From an uncultured virus (IMG/VR IMGVR_UViG_3300030104_006994) (taxonomy: Duplodnaviria > Heunggongvirae > Uroviricota > Caudoviricetes): a stretch of DNA of 64,000 nt. The first letter of the stretch is position 1, and each line of letters begins with the position of its first letter. The DNA is taken from IMG/VR virus record IMGVR_UViG_3300030104_006994; one strand, written 5' to 3'. Shown here in pieces: positions 39,146 through 48,312 of the stretch. Under the pieces are notes generated by a model. The model was not told where the DNA came from. It searched no databases and saw nothing but the letters and a program-made list of their open reading frames with translations. The position numbers and the translations under genes are program-made.

Positions 39146-42100
39146 TTATTCTTCTATTTCTACTTGTAGTTTATCCACGTCTATTCTCTCTGCATTTATT
39201 AAATAATAATAATTTAATTGACTTATGTTCTTTCTATTTTCCTCTGACTGTATATACACTACATTATTTTCTATTCTTTCTACATATAATTGTTGAGGTT
39301 TGCCTATTGCTGTTAGCTGTACTGTTATACTGTCTTCATCTATTAACTTGGTCCAATATTCTGGTAATTCTATTGAGTTATTATTAGATTTGCCTCTAAT
39401 GTAAACTCCATTTTCTGGGCCTTCCAAAGAACCATATCTTAGCTTCTTACCGGGTTTAGTCGGATGATCGATCGTAAATGATTTTGTAGTAGCTGTTAAA
39501 AGGCCCGTAATTGTTACTCCAGTTGTAGTTGTTTCTAATTTCTTTGCGTTATTGTGGTAAAGAGTAACTGGTCCGTCTGGTTCAAATGTGGCTAGCTTTT
39601 CGCCGCCTACTTTGTAAAATCCACTATCTCCTGTACCAGCTACCTCAATTAACAGAGAACCCGTTCCAGCATCTTTTATATAACTGTTTGAACCATCATG
39701 ATAAATTTGTAAATCATCACCATTACCAAATACAGCCTTTGTGTTGTCTCTGTATCTGGTTAAGCTCATACTTGCATCCCACTCCATGTACTGACTTGAA
39801 GTAGTGCTATGGAACATAGCGTCAGCCCCAGAACCGTTTGATCCAATAGTTAGTATACTTGATAGATTTAACGTACCCGTTACGCTTACGCCAGTAGAAG
39901 TTGTTTCTAATTTCTTGCTGTTGTCGTAATATAGCTCGACAGCACCATCATCGTTAGCAACTATTGACTCTTCGCCGCTTTTGCCTCTAATACGAACGTC
40001 GCCATTGGCATCCCCAATTATTAGAATTCCTGTACCATTATTTGTAATCCATGAGTTAGAGCCATCATGGAAAATTTCCAAATCATTACCAGTACCTAAA
40101 AGAAGTTTGTCATTGTCTTGAAGGTCAAGTGAACCAGTGAAAACACCGCCAGTTGCAGTTACTGTTCCGCTAACATTAATGCCAGCTGAAGTAGTGGCTA
40201 ATTTGACTGAGTTGTCATAGTAAAGGGAAACTGCTCCGTTCTCTATGAAGGATAGCCCTGTTTCGTTATAAGCTGCGTTCTTTATATATAAGGCGTCTGA
40301 CGCTATGACTAAAGCGCCTGCTCCGTTATCTATGATATATGAGCTACTTCCATCGTGGGTGATTAGCAAATCGTCACTTGTGCCTAGTTTAATCCACGCA
40401 TTATCTGGCATGTCCAAATGAGAGCTAAGATCAAGTTGGCCATTGATTGTGGCTCCACCCGCAGTAATGCTATTGCTGAAAAATGTGGAAGCGCCGCTAC
40501 TTGCAATTTGGAAATAAGTTGAGCTACCTTGAACAACCTCGAAAGCGTTACCAGTAGTTCTATCTTGTTCTCCCCCTATACGAACGTCAGTCCCGGTCGA
40601 ACCATTGGAAGCGGCACGATTGCCTAATATTTTTAATGTTTGATTACCTCCGGAATCTTCACAAGATATTAAATTTTCATACTGACTAGTGCGGGAAAGT
40701 CTTATCCCATTTGTAATCTCAACGGTTCCGCCAAATGTGGATTTCCCATCACCAGTAATATTTAAAACTGACCCGCCAGAATTTTCAACATAAAGTAAAG
40801 ACTTAGTAGCATTCCCAGTATCCATATAGGCATGAATTGCCTTATTCGTACCGTATGCAGTTCCTATTACTTTAAGAGCGGCCGCGCCTGATTGGTCTGA
40901 TGCTGCTTGGTTAACTTGAAGCCTGCCTGCTGGAGAAGTCGTCCCTATACCGATATTTCCGTCGGACTTAATGCGCATTCTCTCCAGAATATTTGGAACA
41001 CTCCCAGAAGCATCTGAAGTAAAAAACCTCATATCGGAAGTATGAGTTGCTCCCGGCTCCGTTACTTGAATTCTAGCTGTTGGATTAGCGTGAGTTGTTG
41101 TTCTTGTGAAATCTATTACTCTAACGTTGCCACTTGATGACCCTATTTCTATTCCGTCGTTATCAGCAGAAGCAATAACCTCTAAAGCCTTGCCCGGAGT
41201 CGCTGTTCCTATACCAACATTACCGTCACTTTTTATTGTTAAAGCTTCTGTAGTGTTATTAGTAAAGAATGATATATTAGAGTTTTCGTAATTTTGAATT
41301 CTTAAAGCAGAGGAATTGTAACCTATCCTTGCTCCGTCTGTAGCCGTAGCTCCTATTGCCCCATCTGTAATTCTAATATAACCAAAGCCATCTCCACTTC
41401 CATGAACATGTAGAGCGTTTTGTGGGCTAGTTGTACCTATACCAACATTTCCACTCTTAATATAAAGCCTAGAAGTTGATCCTTCCTTTATATTAAAATT
41501 ATCCCCACCACCATCATAGTTAGCCCTAATGCTCCAATCCACACTATCGTCGTTACCGAGCCATTCTATGTCTCCGTTGGCCACGGCATTCCCAGTTCGT
41601 TTTAGCTGTATTTTTGGGAGAAAAGCTGTTGACCTAATTGTACCACTTGCCTCAAGTGTTGTAGCTGGTGCATTTGTTCCTATACCAACATTACCGTCAT
41701 CATTTATAACTAGTCTTTGATTCGAGTCTAAATTAGAAGCCTCTGCGATTACAAAAGAAGTGGCTGAACGATCAAGGCCTATGGTAAATTCTCTTGAGCC
41801 TTGTGTTTCGAAGGAAATCACAGAATCATCTCCCGCTGCTGTACCTGTATTATGTATATCAATACCAAGTTGAGAACCGCCACCGCCTGCTTTAACTGCT
41901 AGTTTTTTAGCTGGAGCAGTTGTACCTACCCCAACATTCTTACTTGTATCTATATATAAAGCCGCTCCTGCATTTTGCTCTATTTGAACAGGGTGATTTG
42001 TTCTTGAGCCGAAAATTGCTTTAGTGTTGTTGGACTGTATGTATGCCCCGACTGTATTTGTAGTATCGGTAACCCTAAGTTCTGGACTACCTACTCCTTG

Positions 42101-45100
42101 AATATCTAACTTTGAAGCAGGGCTTGACGTACCTATTCCAACCTCTCCATCTCCATCAATAATCATTCTAGTCACACCATCTGTAGCGTCATAAAATTCT
42201 AATCTACCGTTAACTGTTTGCCCGTCTACTATTTTCCAATGTTGATTAGTAGCGCCGGTCTTCTTTATCTCGAAGCCTATTGTAGAGTTGGCTGCTACTT
42301 CCGTTAGTACTGTTGTGGTTCCAGAGTCTTTCTTTAAATGTAGCATTTGGCCCGGAACGTCTGTTCCTATACCGACATTACCATTGCCAGTAATTGTCAT
42401 TGCTGTGGTGCCAGCGTTGCTCCCAACTCTAAATCTAATATTTTGGTTTTGATATGCAGCTATATCTAGAGCATGGCTAGATCCAGCTCCCTGCACGCCA
42501 ATAAAAGCATAAAGATTATTACTTTTTGATAACTCTATAGCAGATGATGACGACCCCTCTACAGTAAGAGCATTTGTCCAGCCCCCTATGTTCGCACCCG
42601 TTGTTCCCATGCCAACACTGCCAGCTGCAGAGATTCGCATTTTTTCGGTTGCATTTACTCTAAAACCAAGATGGTTATCGGCGTGGTCATAAGAAATTTG
42701 ACCTACGTCATTATCATCACCGTCTGAAAAATTAATAAAAGACTCAGAAGTATTTGCTGTTTGCAACATCAGTCCATCTTGATCAGAATGAGTTATATGA
42801 GTCTTAAATAATGGCACAGTAGTTCCTATACCAACATTACCATCTTGCTGGATGGTCATTTTTGCATTACCTATTGCCACTGGATTGCTATTGTGGCCCG
42901 CGGTAAACATTAACTTTTCAGTCCCAGCAGTACCATTACCTACTTGCAATATTGCGCAACCATAATGACCCGCGTTCCTCTGGAAATACAGAGATGAAGA
43001 AATGGCATCATCAGCCCCATTTTTAAATAAATTTAACTGTGCTGCTGGACTATCTGTTCCTATGCCAACATTACCGGATACGTTTAAGTTATCTGTTATA
43101 TCAGCGGCGCCACTAACTTGAAGTTTACTGGTTGGACTTGTCGTGTTTATACCAACATTTCCGTTAGATGTAACGGCTATTGCGTTAAAATCAGCATCAT
43201 GACCGAAGAAAGCATAATCATCAGCGTGGACATAACCTATTTGCGCCCCAGCTGATGTAGCGCTACCTATATGAATTGTTGGACTCGCGCTAGGTCTAAT
43301 AAAATACGCAACTACAGAATCACTGCTTTCGAGATGTAACTTCGCGCTCGGAGCAGTTGTTCCTATACCAACATTTGAATCACCAACATTTAAAACTGTA
43401 GAAATATTAGTTGTTCCATGCTCTCTTCCTCCAATATGAACCGTACCTCCATATTGACCATTTCCAGCGTTAGGCCTGCTAGCCCACACCGCCGCTAAAA
43501 TAGCTTGGTCCTCGCTGCTGTTATATGCTCCCCCAAAAGCAATGCCCCCAGCGTGACCATTACCATAGGTATTAGACGAAGATATTACTGTATTTACATT
43601 CGCGCCATTCCAACCACCTAGAGTTGGGCCCAAAACTTGCAATTTATGACTAGGTGAGCTAGTTCCTATACCAACATTCGTTCCATTATCAAAAAGCGCT
43701 CCGCTCGTTAGAGACCCTGTAGTAGCCCACCTCGCTACATAACCAGAAACTCCCGTTCCTCCAATACCGCCACCACCACCAGCGCCAGCCGGACCAGTTG
43801 CGCCCGAAGGTCCCATGGCAAGATGGCGTATATCTATCAAATCTCCGCTTGTAACCCCAGTAGTGAAGACGACTCCTGTAGCGCCTGTTAAAGTATAGTC
43901 AGTCGTAGGGATTTGCACTAATCCTTCTACTGAGACCATAACGTCTCTAACGTTAGAAACGCTTGAGCCTATTGCGTAAGTTGTTGTGGTTCCGTCTCCA
44001 GTAAAGAGATTATTACTGGCTACCCCAACCCCAGTTGCCGATGCTCCAGCGGGACCGGTTGGGCCAGTTGGCCCCGCAGCCCCATTCGCACCGCTAGGCC
44101 CAGCTGCACCGCTAGGCCCAGCTGCACCGCTAGGCCCAGCTGCACCCGCAGGGCCGGTTGGACCAGTTGGGCCAGCAGGGCCAGCCGGACCCGTTGGGCC
44201 AGCAGGGCCAGTCGGGCCAGTTGCGCCAGTCGCGCCGCTAGCACCTTTATAATCTATATTTCTTACTTCTATTTCTGCTCCAGAAGGAGGTGCACTTGTT
44301 AAATTAAGAGTGCTTCCATCTAATACATAGTTTGTAGTTGGAGTCTGAAGTATACCACCAACACTTACTAATACGCTATTTACTCCTGAAGGAGTAAGAG
44401 AAAGTGAAAATCCAGTGAGCACTCCGTTAGCTGTAAAAGTATCAGAGGTCAGAGTTGCCGAAGGTCCTCCGCCTCCGCCGCCTGCTCCCGCAGGCCCAGC
44501 CGGACCCGTTGGTCCTGTCGGTCCAGTCGGTCCTGTCGGTCCAGTTGGACCCGTAGATCCTGCTGGGCCAACAAGAGCGTCTGTGCCAGAAAAAGTAATA
44601 CTGCTGCCGCTACCCACTAAAACTTGCCCAGCTGTGATTGAACCGGGAGTGTCAGTTAATCCAGTAAACGCAGTCGGTATTAAAGTTCCTTCTGTGGCTA
44701 TAGGAAAGTTTACTTCAAATCTATCAGTAGTATCGTTAAATAATATATTTGCATCAGTAGCGCTGCCTCTGTCTATTACCAATCCTCCAGAGTTAAGAGT
44801 AATCCCAGCGCTACTTTCGCCGCTGTTTATTTTAATTATATTATCTTTAACGTTTAGCTCAGTAGTATTTACTGTTGTTGTAGTCCCAGTAACTGTTAGA
44901 TTTCCTATTGTCGCTTCATCAACAGTAAAAGGACCATCTGCAGCTAGCTCTATACCACCTTCTGCCGAAGCAGATATAGATGGAGCGGAATCACTTGTTC
45001 CGAAAAATATAGTTCCGGTCTTAACAGTTAACGTGTCTATAAAACCACTTCTAAAAGCTAGAGTCTGAGATCCTATATCTATAGTACCGCTAGCATTTGG

Positions 45101-46018
45101 CAAAATTGAGCCTGTTACTGTTAAGTCATTTACGGATACATCATTTATAAAAGTTTTATTGCCAGCTATACTCTGATTAGTTGTCAGTTTAACTGTTGTA
45201 GAATCTAATGTACTGATGTCAGAGTCGTTACTGGTAATCTGTGTTTGTAAGGTCTGACCTGTAGTAACCAAGTTAGATGTTAGCGTCGAAATATCTGAAT
45301 CATTCGAGGTGATTTGCGCTTGAAGCGCTGCTCCTGTTGATATTAGATCAGAGTTAGTAGCTAGTATTCCCGTATTGTCATAAATTTTAGCTGCGGCCCC
45401 CATGCCAGCATGCTGACCACAGTTATAGTAAAGAATATTTGGAGCTGATTGAGGTACTCTAAAATAAAGTATTCCGCCATTTTGAGCTCTGGAATTTGTT
45501 ACTCCAGAAGTATACTCGTAAGTATAATTACCGCCATTTCCTTGGGTAGCGAAAAAGAACGGATGATTATTTGTAGTACCATTAGTTGTAAATTTGTAAG
45601 TATTTCCTCTTTGTAGATATATTTCCAACTGTTGGACTTGAGAAGTATTTGTGTGACTAGCTCCAGTTACTTCACTCAAAAAATAATAATTAACCCCATC
45701 AACATTTGCAACACTTACATTAAATTGAGTTGAATATGTTCCAGAAGTACTTGCTTCGGTAAGAAATCCAGATTGGGTTAAATCTGAGCTTGAAGTGAAA
45801 ATATCACCGCTTTGGAAAAGAGTTCCTGAAATCTCTACATCGCCAACTATATTGAGTTTTTTGCCAGCTAATGAGTCAGAAGTGCCGATATTAAGGCCAG
45901 ATAAAGAAAGTTCATTTGCGAAAACTGTATCGCCGCCACTAATAGTGAGTACATCATTAGCCGATGCTCCTGTGGTCCTTATACTTTCCGGTCTTAACTT
46001 TTTAATTTCCGTTGCCAT
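39146..46018 (-). CDS. Long fibre protein with cupredoxin-like module, collagen-like segments and GNVGIGT repeats
   Basis: 2290 aa. Contains GPT/GPA triplets, about 13 VGIGT-type repeats, three DNxKxxxGxxxDLxIxHDG repeats and C-terminal KSFTIDHP...LRYGSLEGPE. Confidence 0.85.
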   Translation of the reverse strand: MATEIKKLRPESIRTTGASANDVLTISGGDTVFANELSLSGLNIGTSDSLAGKKLNIVGDVEISGTLFQSGDIFTSSSDLTQSGFLTEASTSGTYSTQFNVSVANVDGVNYYFLSEVTGASHTNTSQVQQLEIYLQRGNTYKFTTNGTTNNHPFFFATQGNGGNYTYEYTSGVTNSRAQNGGILYFRVPQSAPNILYYNCGQHAGMGAAAKIYDNTGILATNSDLISTGAALQAQITSNDSDISTLTSNLVTTGQTLQTQITSNDSDISTLDSTTVKLTTNQSIAGNKTFINDVSVNDLTVTGSILPNASGTIDIGSQTLAFRSGFIDTLTVKTGTIFFGTSDSAPSISASAEGGIELAADGPFTVDEATIGNLTVTGTTTTVNTTELNVKDNIIKINSGESSAGITLNSGGLVIDRGSATDANILFNDTTDRFEVNFPIATEGTLIPTAFTGLTDTPGSITAGQVLVGSGSSITFSGTDALVGPAGSTGPTGPTGPTGPTGPTGPAGPAGAGGGGGGPSATLTSDTFTANGVLTGFSLSLTPSGVNSVLVSVGGILQTPTTNYVLDGSTLNLTSAPPSGAEIEVRNIDYKGASGATGATGPTGPAGPTGPAGPAGPTGPTGPAGAAGPSGAAGPSGAAGPSGANGAAGPTGPTGPAGASATGVGVASNNLFTGDGTTTTYAIGSSVSNVRDVMVSVEGLVQIPTTDYTLTGATGVVFTTGVTSGDLIDIRHLAMGPSGATGPAGAGGGGGIGGTGVSGYVARWATTGSLTSGALFDNGTNVGIGTSSPSHKLQVLGPTLGGWNGANVNTVISSSNTYGNGHAGGIAFGGAYNSSEDQAILAAVWASRPNAGNGQYGGTVHIGGREHGTTNISTVLNVGDSNVGIGTTAPSAKLHLESSDSVVAYFIRPSASPTIHIGSATSAGAQIGYVHADDYAFFGHDADFNAIAVTSNGNVGINTTSPTSKLQVSGAADITDNLNVSGNVGIGTDSPAAQLNLFKNGADDAISSSLYFQRNAGHYGCAILQVGNGTAGTEKLMFTAGHNSNPVAIGNAKMTIQQDGNVGIGTTVPLFKTHITHSDQDGLMLQTANTSESFINFSDGDDNDVGQISYDHADNHLGFRVNATEKMRISAAGSVGMGTTGANIGGWTNALTVEGSSSSAIELSKSNNLYAFIGVQGAGSSHALDIAAYQNQNIRFRVGSNAGTTAMTITGNGNVGIGTDVPGQMLHLKKDSGTTTVLTEVAANSTIGFEIKKTGATNQHWKIVDGQTVNGRLEFYDATDGVTRMIIDGDGEVGIGTSSPASKLDIQGVGSPELRVTDTTNTVGAYIQSNNTKAIFGSRTNHPVQIEQNAGAALYIDTSKNVGVGTTAPAKKLAVKAGGGGSQLGIDIHNTGTAAGDDSVISFETQGSREFTIGLDRSATSFVIAEASNLDSNQRLVINDDGNVGIGTNAPATTLEASGTIRSTAFLPKIQLKRTGNAVANGDIEWLGNDDSVDWSIRANYDGGGDNFNIKEGSTSRLYIKSGNVGIGTTSPQNALHVHGSGDGFGYIRITDGAIGATATDGARIGYNSSALRIQNYENSNISFFTNNTTEALTIKSDGNVGIGTATPGKALEVIASADNDGIEIGSSSGNVRVIDFTRTTTHANPTARIQVTEPGATHTSDMRFFTSDASGSVPNILERMRIKSDGNIGIGTTSPAGRLQVNQAASDQSGAAALKVIGTAYGTNKAIHAYMDTGNATKSLLYVENSGGSVLNITGDGKSTFGGTVEITNGIRLSRTSQYENLISCEDSGGNQTLKILGNRAASNGSTGTDVRIGGEQDRTTGNAFEVVQGSSTYFQIASSGASTFFSNSITAGGATINGQLDLSSHLDMPDNAWIKLGTSDDLLITHDGSSSYIIDNGAGALVIASDALYIKNAAYNETGLSFIENGAVSLYYDNSVKLATTSAGINVSGTVTATGGVFTGSLDLQDNDKLLLGTGNDLEIFHDGSNSWITNNGTGILIIGDANGDVRIRGKSGEESIVANDDGAVELYYDNSKKLETTSTGVSVTGTLNLSSILTIGSNGSGADAMFHSTTSSQYMEWDASMSLTRYRDNTKAVFGNGDDLQIYHDGSNSYIKDAGTGSLLIEVAGTGDSGFYKVGGEKLATFEPDGPVTLYHNNAKKLETTTTGVTITGLLTATTKSFTIDHPTKPGKKLRYGSLEGPENGVYIRGKSNNNSIELPEYWTKLIDEDSITVQLTAIGKPQQLYVERIENNVVYIQSEENRKNISQLNYYYLINAERIDVDKLQVEIEE
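44088..44146. repeat. Perfect 18-bp tandem repeat (3.3 copies) in a collagen-like segment
   Basis: gcaccgctaggcccagct x3 plus gcacc. Encodes GAAGPS repeats on the minus strand. Confidence 0.9.
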
Positions 46019-46031
46019 TCCTTAGAGTTTA

Positions 46032-46039
46032 ATTACACT
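46032..46039 (-). promoter_or_regulatory. AGTGTAAT putative late promoter
   Basis: Exact motif 13 nt before ATG 46018. Confidence 0.65.
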
Positions 46040-46044
46040 TTTTT

Positions 46045-47196
46045 TTAATTCCCGAAAAATGTTACCGCGTTATAGTCCATATCTGCAAGCACCGAAGAGC
46101 TTGATCTGTAACCAGTGCTTATATGGCAAGCCGTCGTCGAAATAGTTCCTCCTGTACGAGCGGTTGCCGTCGTAGCAGTATCGCTGCCGTGACCACTCGT
46201 AGCATTAACGGCATAATTTGCGTCAGTCATCGCTGTCGAAAAATTAACCGTAAATAGTCCAGTACCTCTGTCAGAAATGCTACTCACATTATAAGAACCC
46301 CTTATATTAGAGGTATCCGTTCCCTCAAAATTAACCCACGCTTTCGCAACCCTATTAGAGGTATCCGTTCCAATCGCCACACCGTCTGCGTCAGAGTTCA
46401 AAACGATTTGCTTATTCCCGTCTCCAGCCGAAGTTAAATGAGCCGTACTGGGCGGCGTGAAAGAAGTTCCAGAATAACGAGCCAAGCCTTGAGTAACTCT
46501 AAAATCATCATAATAGGCTTCGGGAGATGCAACCGTTGACCAACTTTTGCCTAACGTAATATAGCTAGGAGTTGATTGAGAATAAAGTGTGGAGCTGCCA
46601 AGACTTGCATTGTATGTTCTTGATCCGTCTACATAGTAGCTCCAGTCACTACCGCTCCTGACTAAAGCGTGATGCTCCCACGCTCCAACAGTAGGAAGAT
46701 CACAGATCAAATTTCCGGCGGAAATATCCCAGCTGCCACTTCCGCTAGCAGCGTATAAGCCAATTTTAGTAGATGAAGAGCTATTATAAAAGTACCCGCA
46801 AGCCAGCCCCATTGCATTGTTCGGACTAGTAGAGGAAGACGCTCCGTACATAGGCCCAAACATCATATTATCAACCACAGAAACCTGCACTCTTCTTATC
46901 CACCATTCAATAGTGAAATCTGCTGTTAAATTTAAACTAGCCCCAACTATTTGAGAAACTATACCATCCGGATTAGCGTTAGTAGCGTACAGGCTACTGC
47001 CCCCAAACTTACTTTGGGCTGTCGCTATTGTTGCAGAGCCCTGAAAAGTAATAGATGCGTTGTCATTGCTCGAATCACTAGTAGAGGTAGCTCCATTACT
47101 CCCATCAAAAGGTAACAGAAGCTTCACTTTCGAGAAGTTAGCATCTCCAATCGTCGTTCCGGTCGCTTTAATTTTATCTAGTTTAAATTGTCTCAT
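46045..47196 (-). CDS. LamG/concanavalin A-like domain virion protein
   Basis: 383 aa. LLLPFDG...SKFGGSSLY...DFTIEWW...WEHHALVRSG...YDDFRVTQGLARY, plus a C-terminal AKAWVNF domain. Confidence 0.8.
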   Translation of the reverse strand: MRQFKLDKIKATGTTIGDANFSKVKLLLPFDGSNGATSTSDSSNDNASITFQGSATIATAQSKFGGSSLYATNANPDGIVSQIVGASLNLTADFTIEWWIRRVQVSVVDNMMFGPMYGASSSTSPNNAMGLACGYFYNSSSSTKIGLYAASGSGSWDISAGNLICDLPTVGAWEHHALVRSGSDWSYYVDGSRTYNASLGSSTLYSQSTPSYITLGKSWSTVASPEAYYDDFRVTQGLARYSGTSFTPPSTAHLTSAGDGNKQIVLNSDADGVAIGTDTSNRVAKAWVNFEGTDTSNIRGSYNVSSISDRGTGLFTVNFSTAMTDANYAVNATSGHGSDTATTATARTGGTISTTACHISTGYRSSSSVLADMDYNAVTFFGN

Positions 47197-47199
47197 TTT

Positions 47200-48312
47200 T
47201 TAATTCCCGAAAACCATAACATTAACGTCATTATAGTCTCTTTTATCTACTGCGGAAGCTGTCGCTAACATGCAACCTATCCTTATAGTTGTCGTAGTTT
47301 TGTTGTTGTCTGGATTTAATGACCTAACTGCAAAAACGTTATCGCTTGTACTGTCCTCAGCGCCTGCACCCCCTGCCCAACAATAATTAGAGTCTGACAT
47401 AGCAGTAGAATAAGTCACGGTAAAATCTCCTGTGTCGTTATCAGTTATGCTACTAACGTTATAACTGCCTAATATAGACGCAGCAGCCATATCAATATTA
47501 GCCCACGCTTTTGCAACCCGCGCTTGGTTTATGCCGCCCGTTCCAATCGCAAGGCCATCAACGGTCGAATTTACAACGATGTGTTTGTTTATGTCTCCCG
47601 AGGAAGTTAAATGAGCGGAAGTTGGCGGCGTAAAATTTGTCGTATAACGAGCGAGTCCTTTGGTGACTCTAAAATCATCAAAAAAACCGGGCGTTGTATA
47701 TTGGCTATAAGAAGTTGAGGAGCCTGCCCAAAATCCTAATGTTGTGCCACCTGTATCGACATAATCAGTGCTATCAGAAAAGCTCCCGCCGCTGACACCA
47801 TTCATATAAAGAGTTGTAGTCCCCGAGTTTCTAACTACTGCTATATGCGTCCAAGCATTCGTTCCTAAATTTATTGATGAAGTTATCTGGTCAGAAGAGT
47901 TGGTATGATATCTTGGAGCGGTCGTACCAGTTGTCATATATAACATAAATGTATTAGAATTGTTCCCGCTTGGTCTTCCATCAACTATAAAATTATTGCT
48001 AGATCCTAATCCTGTTCTATAAAACCAAAACTCTACAGTAAAATCTGAAGTGCCAAAATTAAATATATTAGTTGTTGATATAAAAATATCTCCGGAAGCA
48101 GTAGCTAAACTAGAGCTGCCAAATTTGCTTTGAGCTGTTGAAATTTGAGCTGATCCAATGCACGTTATACTTGCATTAGTATTACTTGAATCAGTCACGG
48201 TAGTAGAACCGTTGCTCCCTTCGCAAGTAAGATGCAGGCTCACTTTCGGATAATGCAACTCTCCAACCGTCGTTCCGGTCGCTTTAATTTTATCTAGCTT
48301 AAATTCTTTCAT
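47200..48312 (-). CDS. LamG/concanavalin A-like domain virion protein (paralog of 46045..47196)
   Basis: 370 aa with the same architecture and an identical N-terminal FKLDKIKATGTT. Confidence 0.8.
   Translation of the reverse strand: MKEFKLDKIKATGTTVGELHYPKVSLHLTCEGSNGSTTVTDSSNTNASITCIGSAQISTAQSKFGSSSLATASGDIFISTTNIFNFGTSDFTVEFWFYRTGLGSSNNFIVDGRPSGNNSNTFMLYMTTGTTAPRYHTNSSDQITSSINLGTNAWTHIAVVRNSGTTTLYMNGVSGGSFSDSTDYVDTGGTTLGFWAGSSTSYSQYTTPGFFDDFRVTKGLARYTTNFTPPTSAHLTSSGDINKHIVVNSTVDGLAIGTGGINQARVAKAWANIDMAAASILGSYNVSSITDNDTGDFTVTYSTAMSDSNYCWAGGAGAEDSTSDNVFAVRSLNPDNNKTTTTIRIGCMLATASAVDKRDYNDVNVMVFGN

Noticed and set aside
32690..43690. CRISPR-like array suggested by recurring gttcctataccaacattacc
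   Set aside because: The repeats are degenerate, in-frame coding (GNVGIGT) and irregularly spaced by hundreds of bases. No cas genes are present.
31846..46018. Diversity-generating retroelement or invertase shufflon acting on the fibres
   Set aside because: No reverse transcriptase or recombinase gene is in the window. The duplicated modules differ mainly at synonymous positions rather than specifically at adenines, and no inverted cassettes are present.
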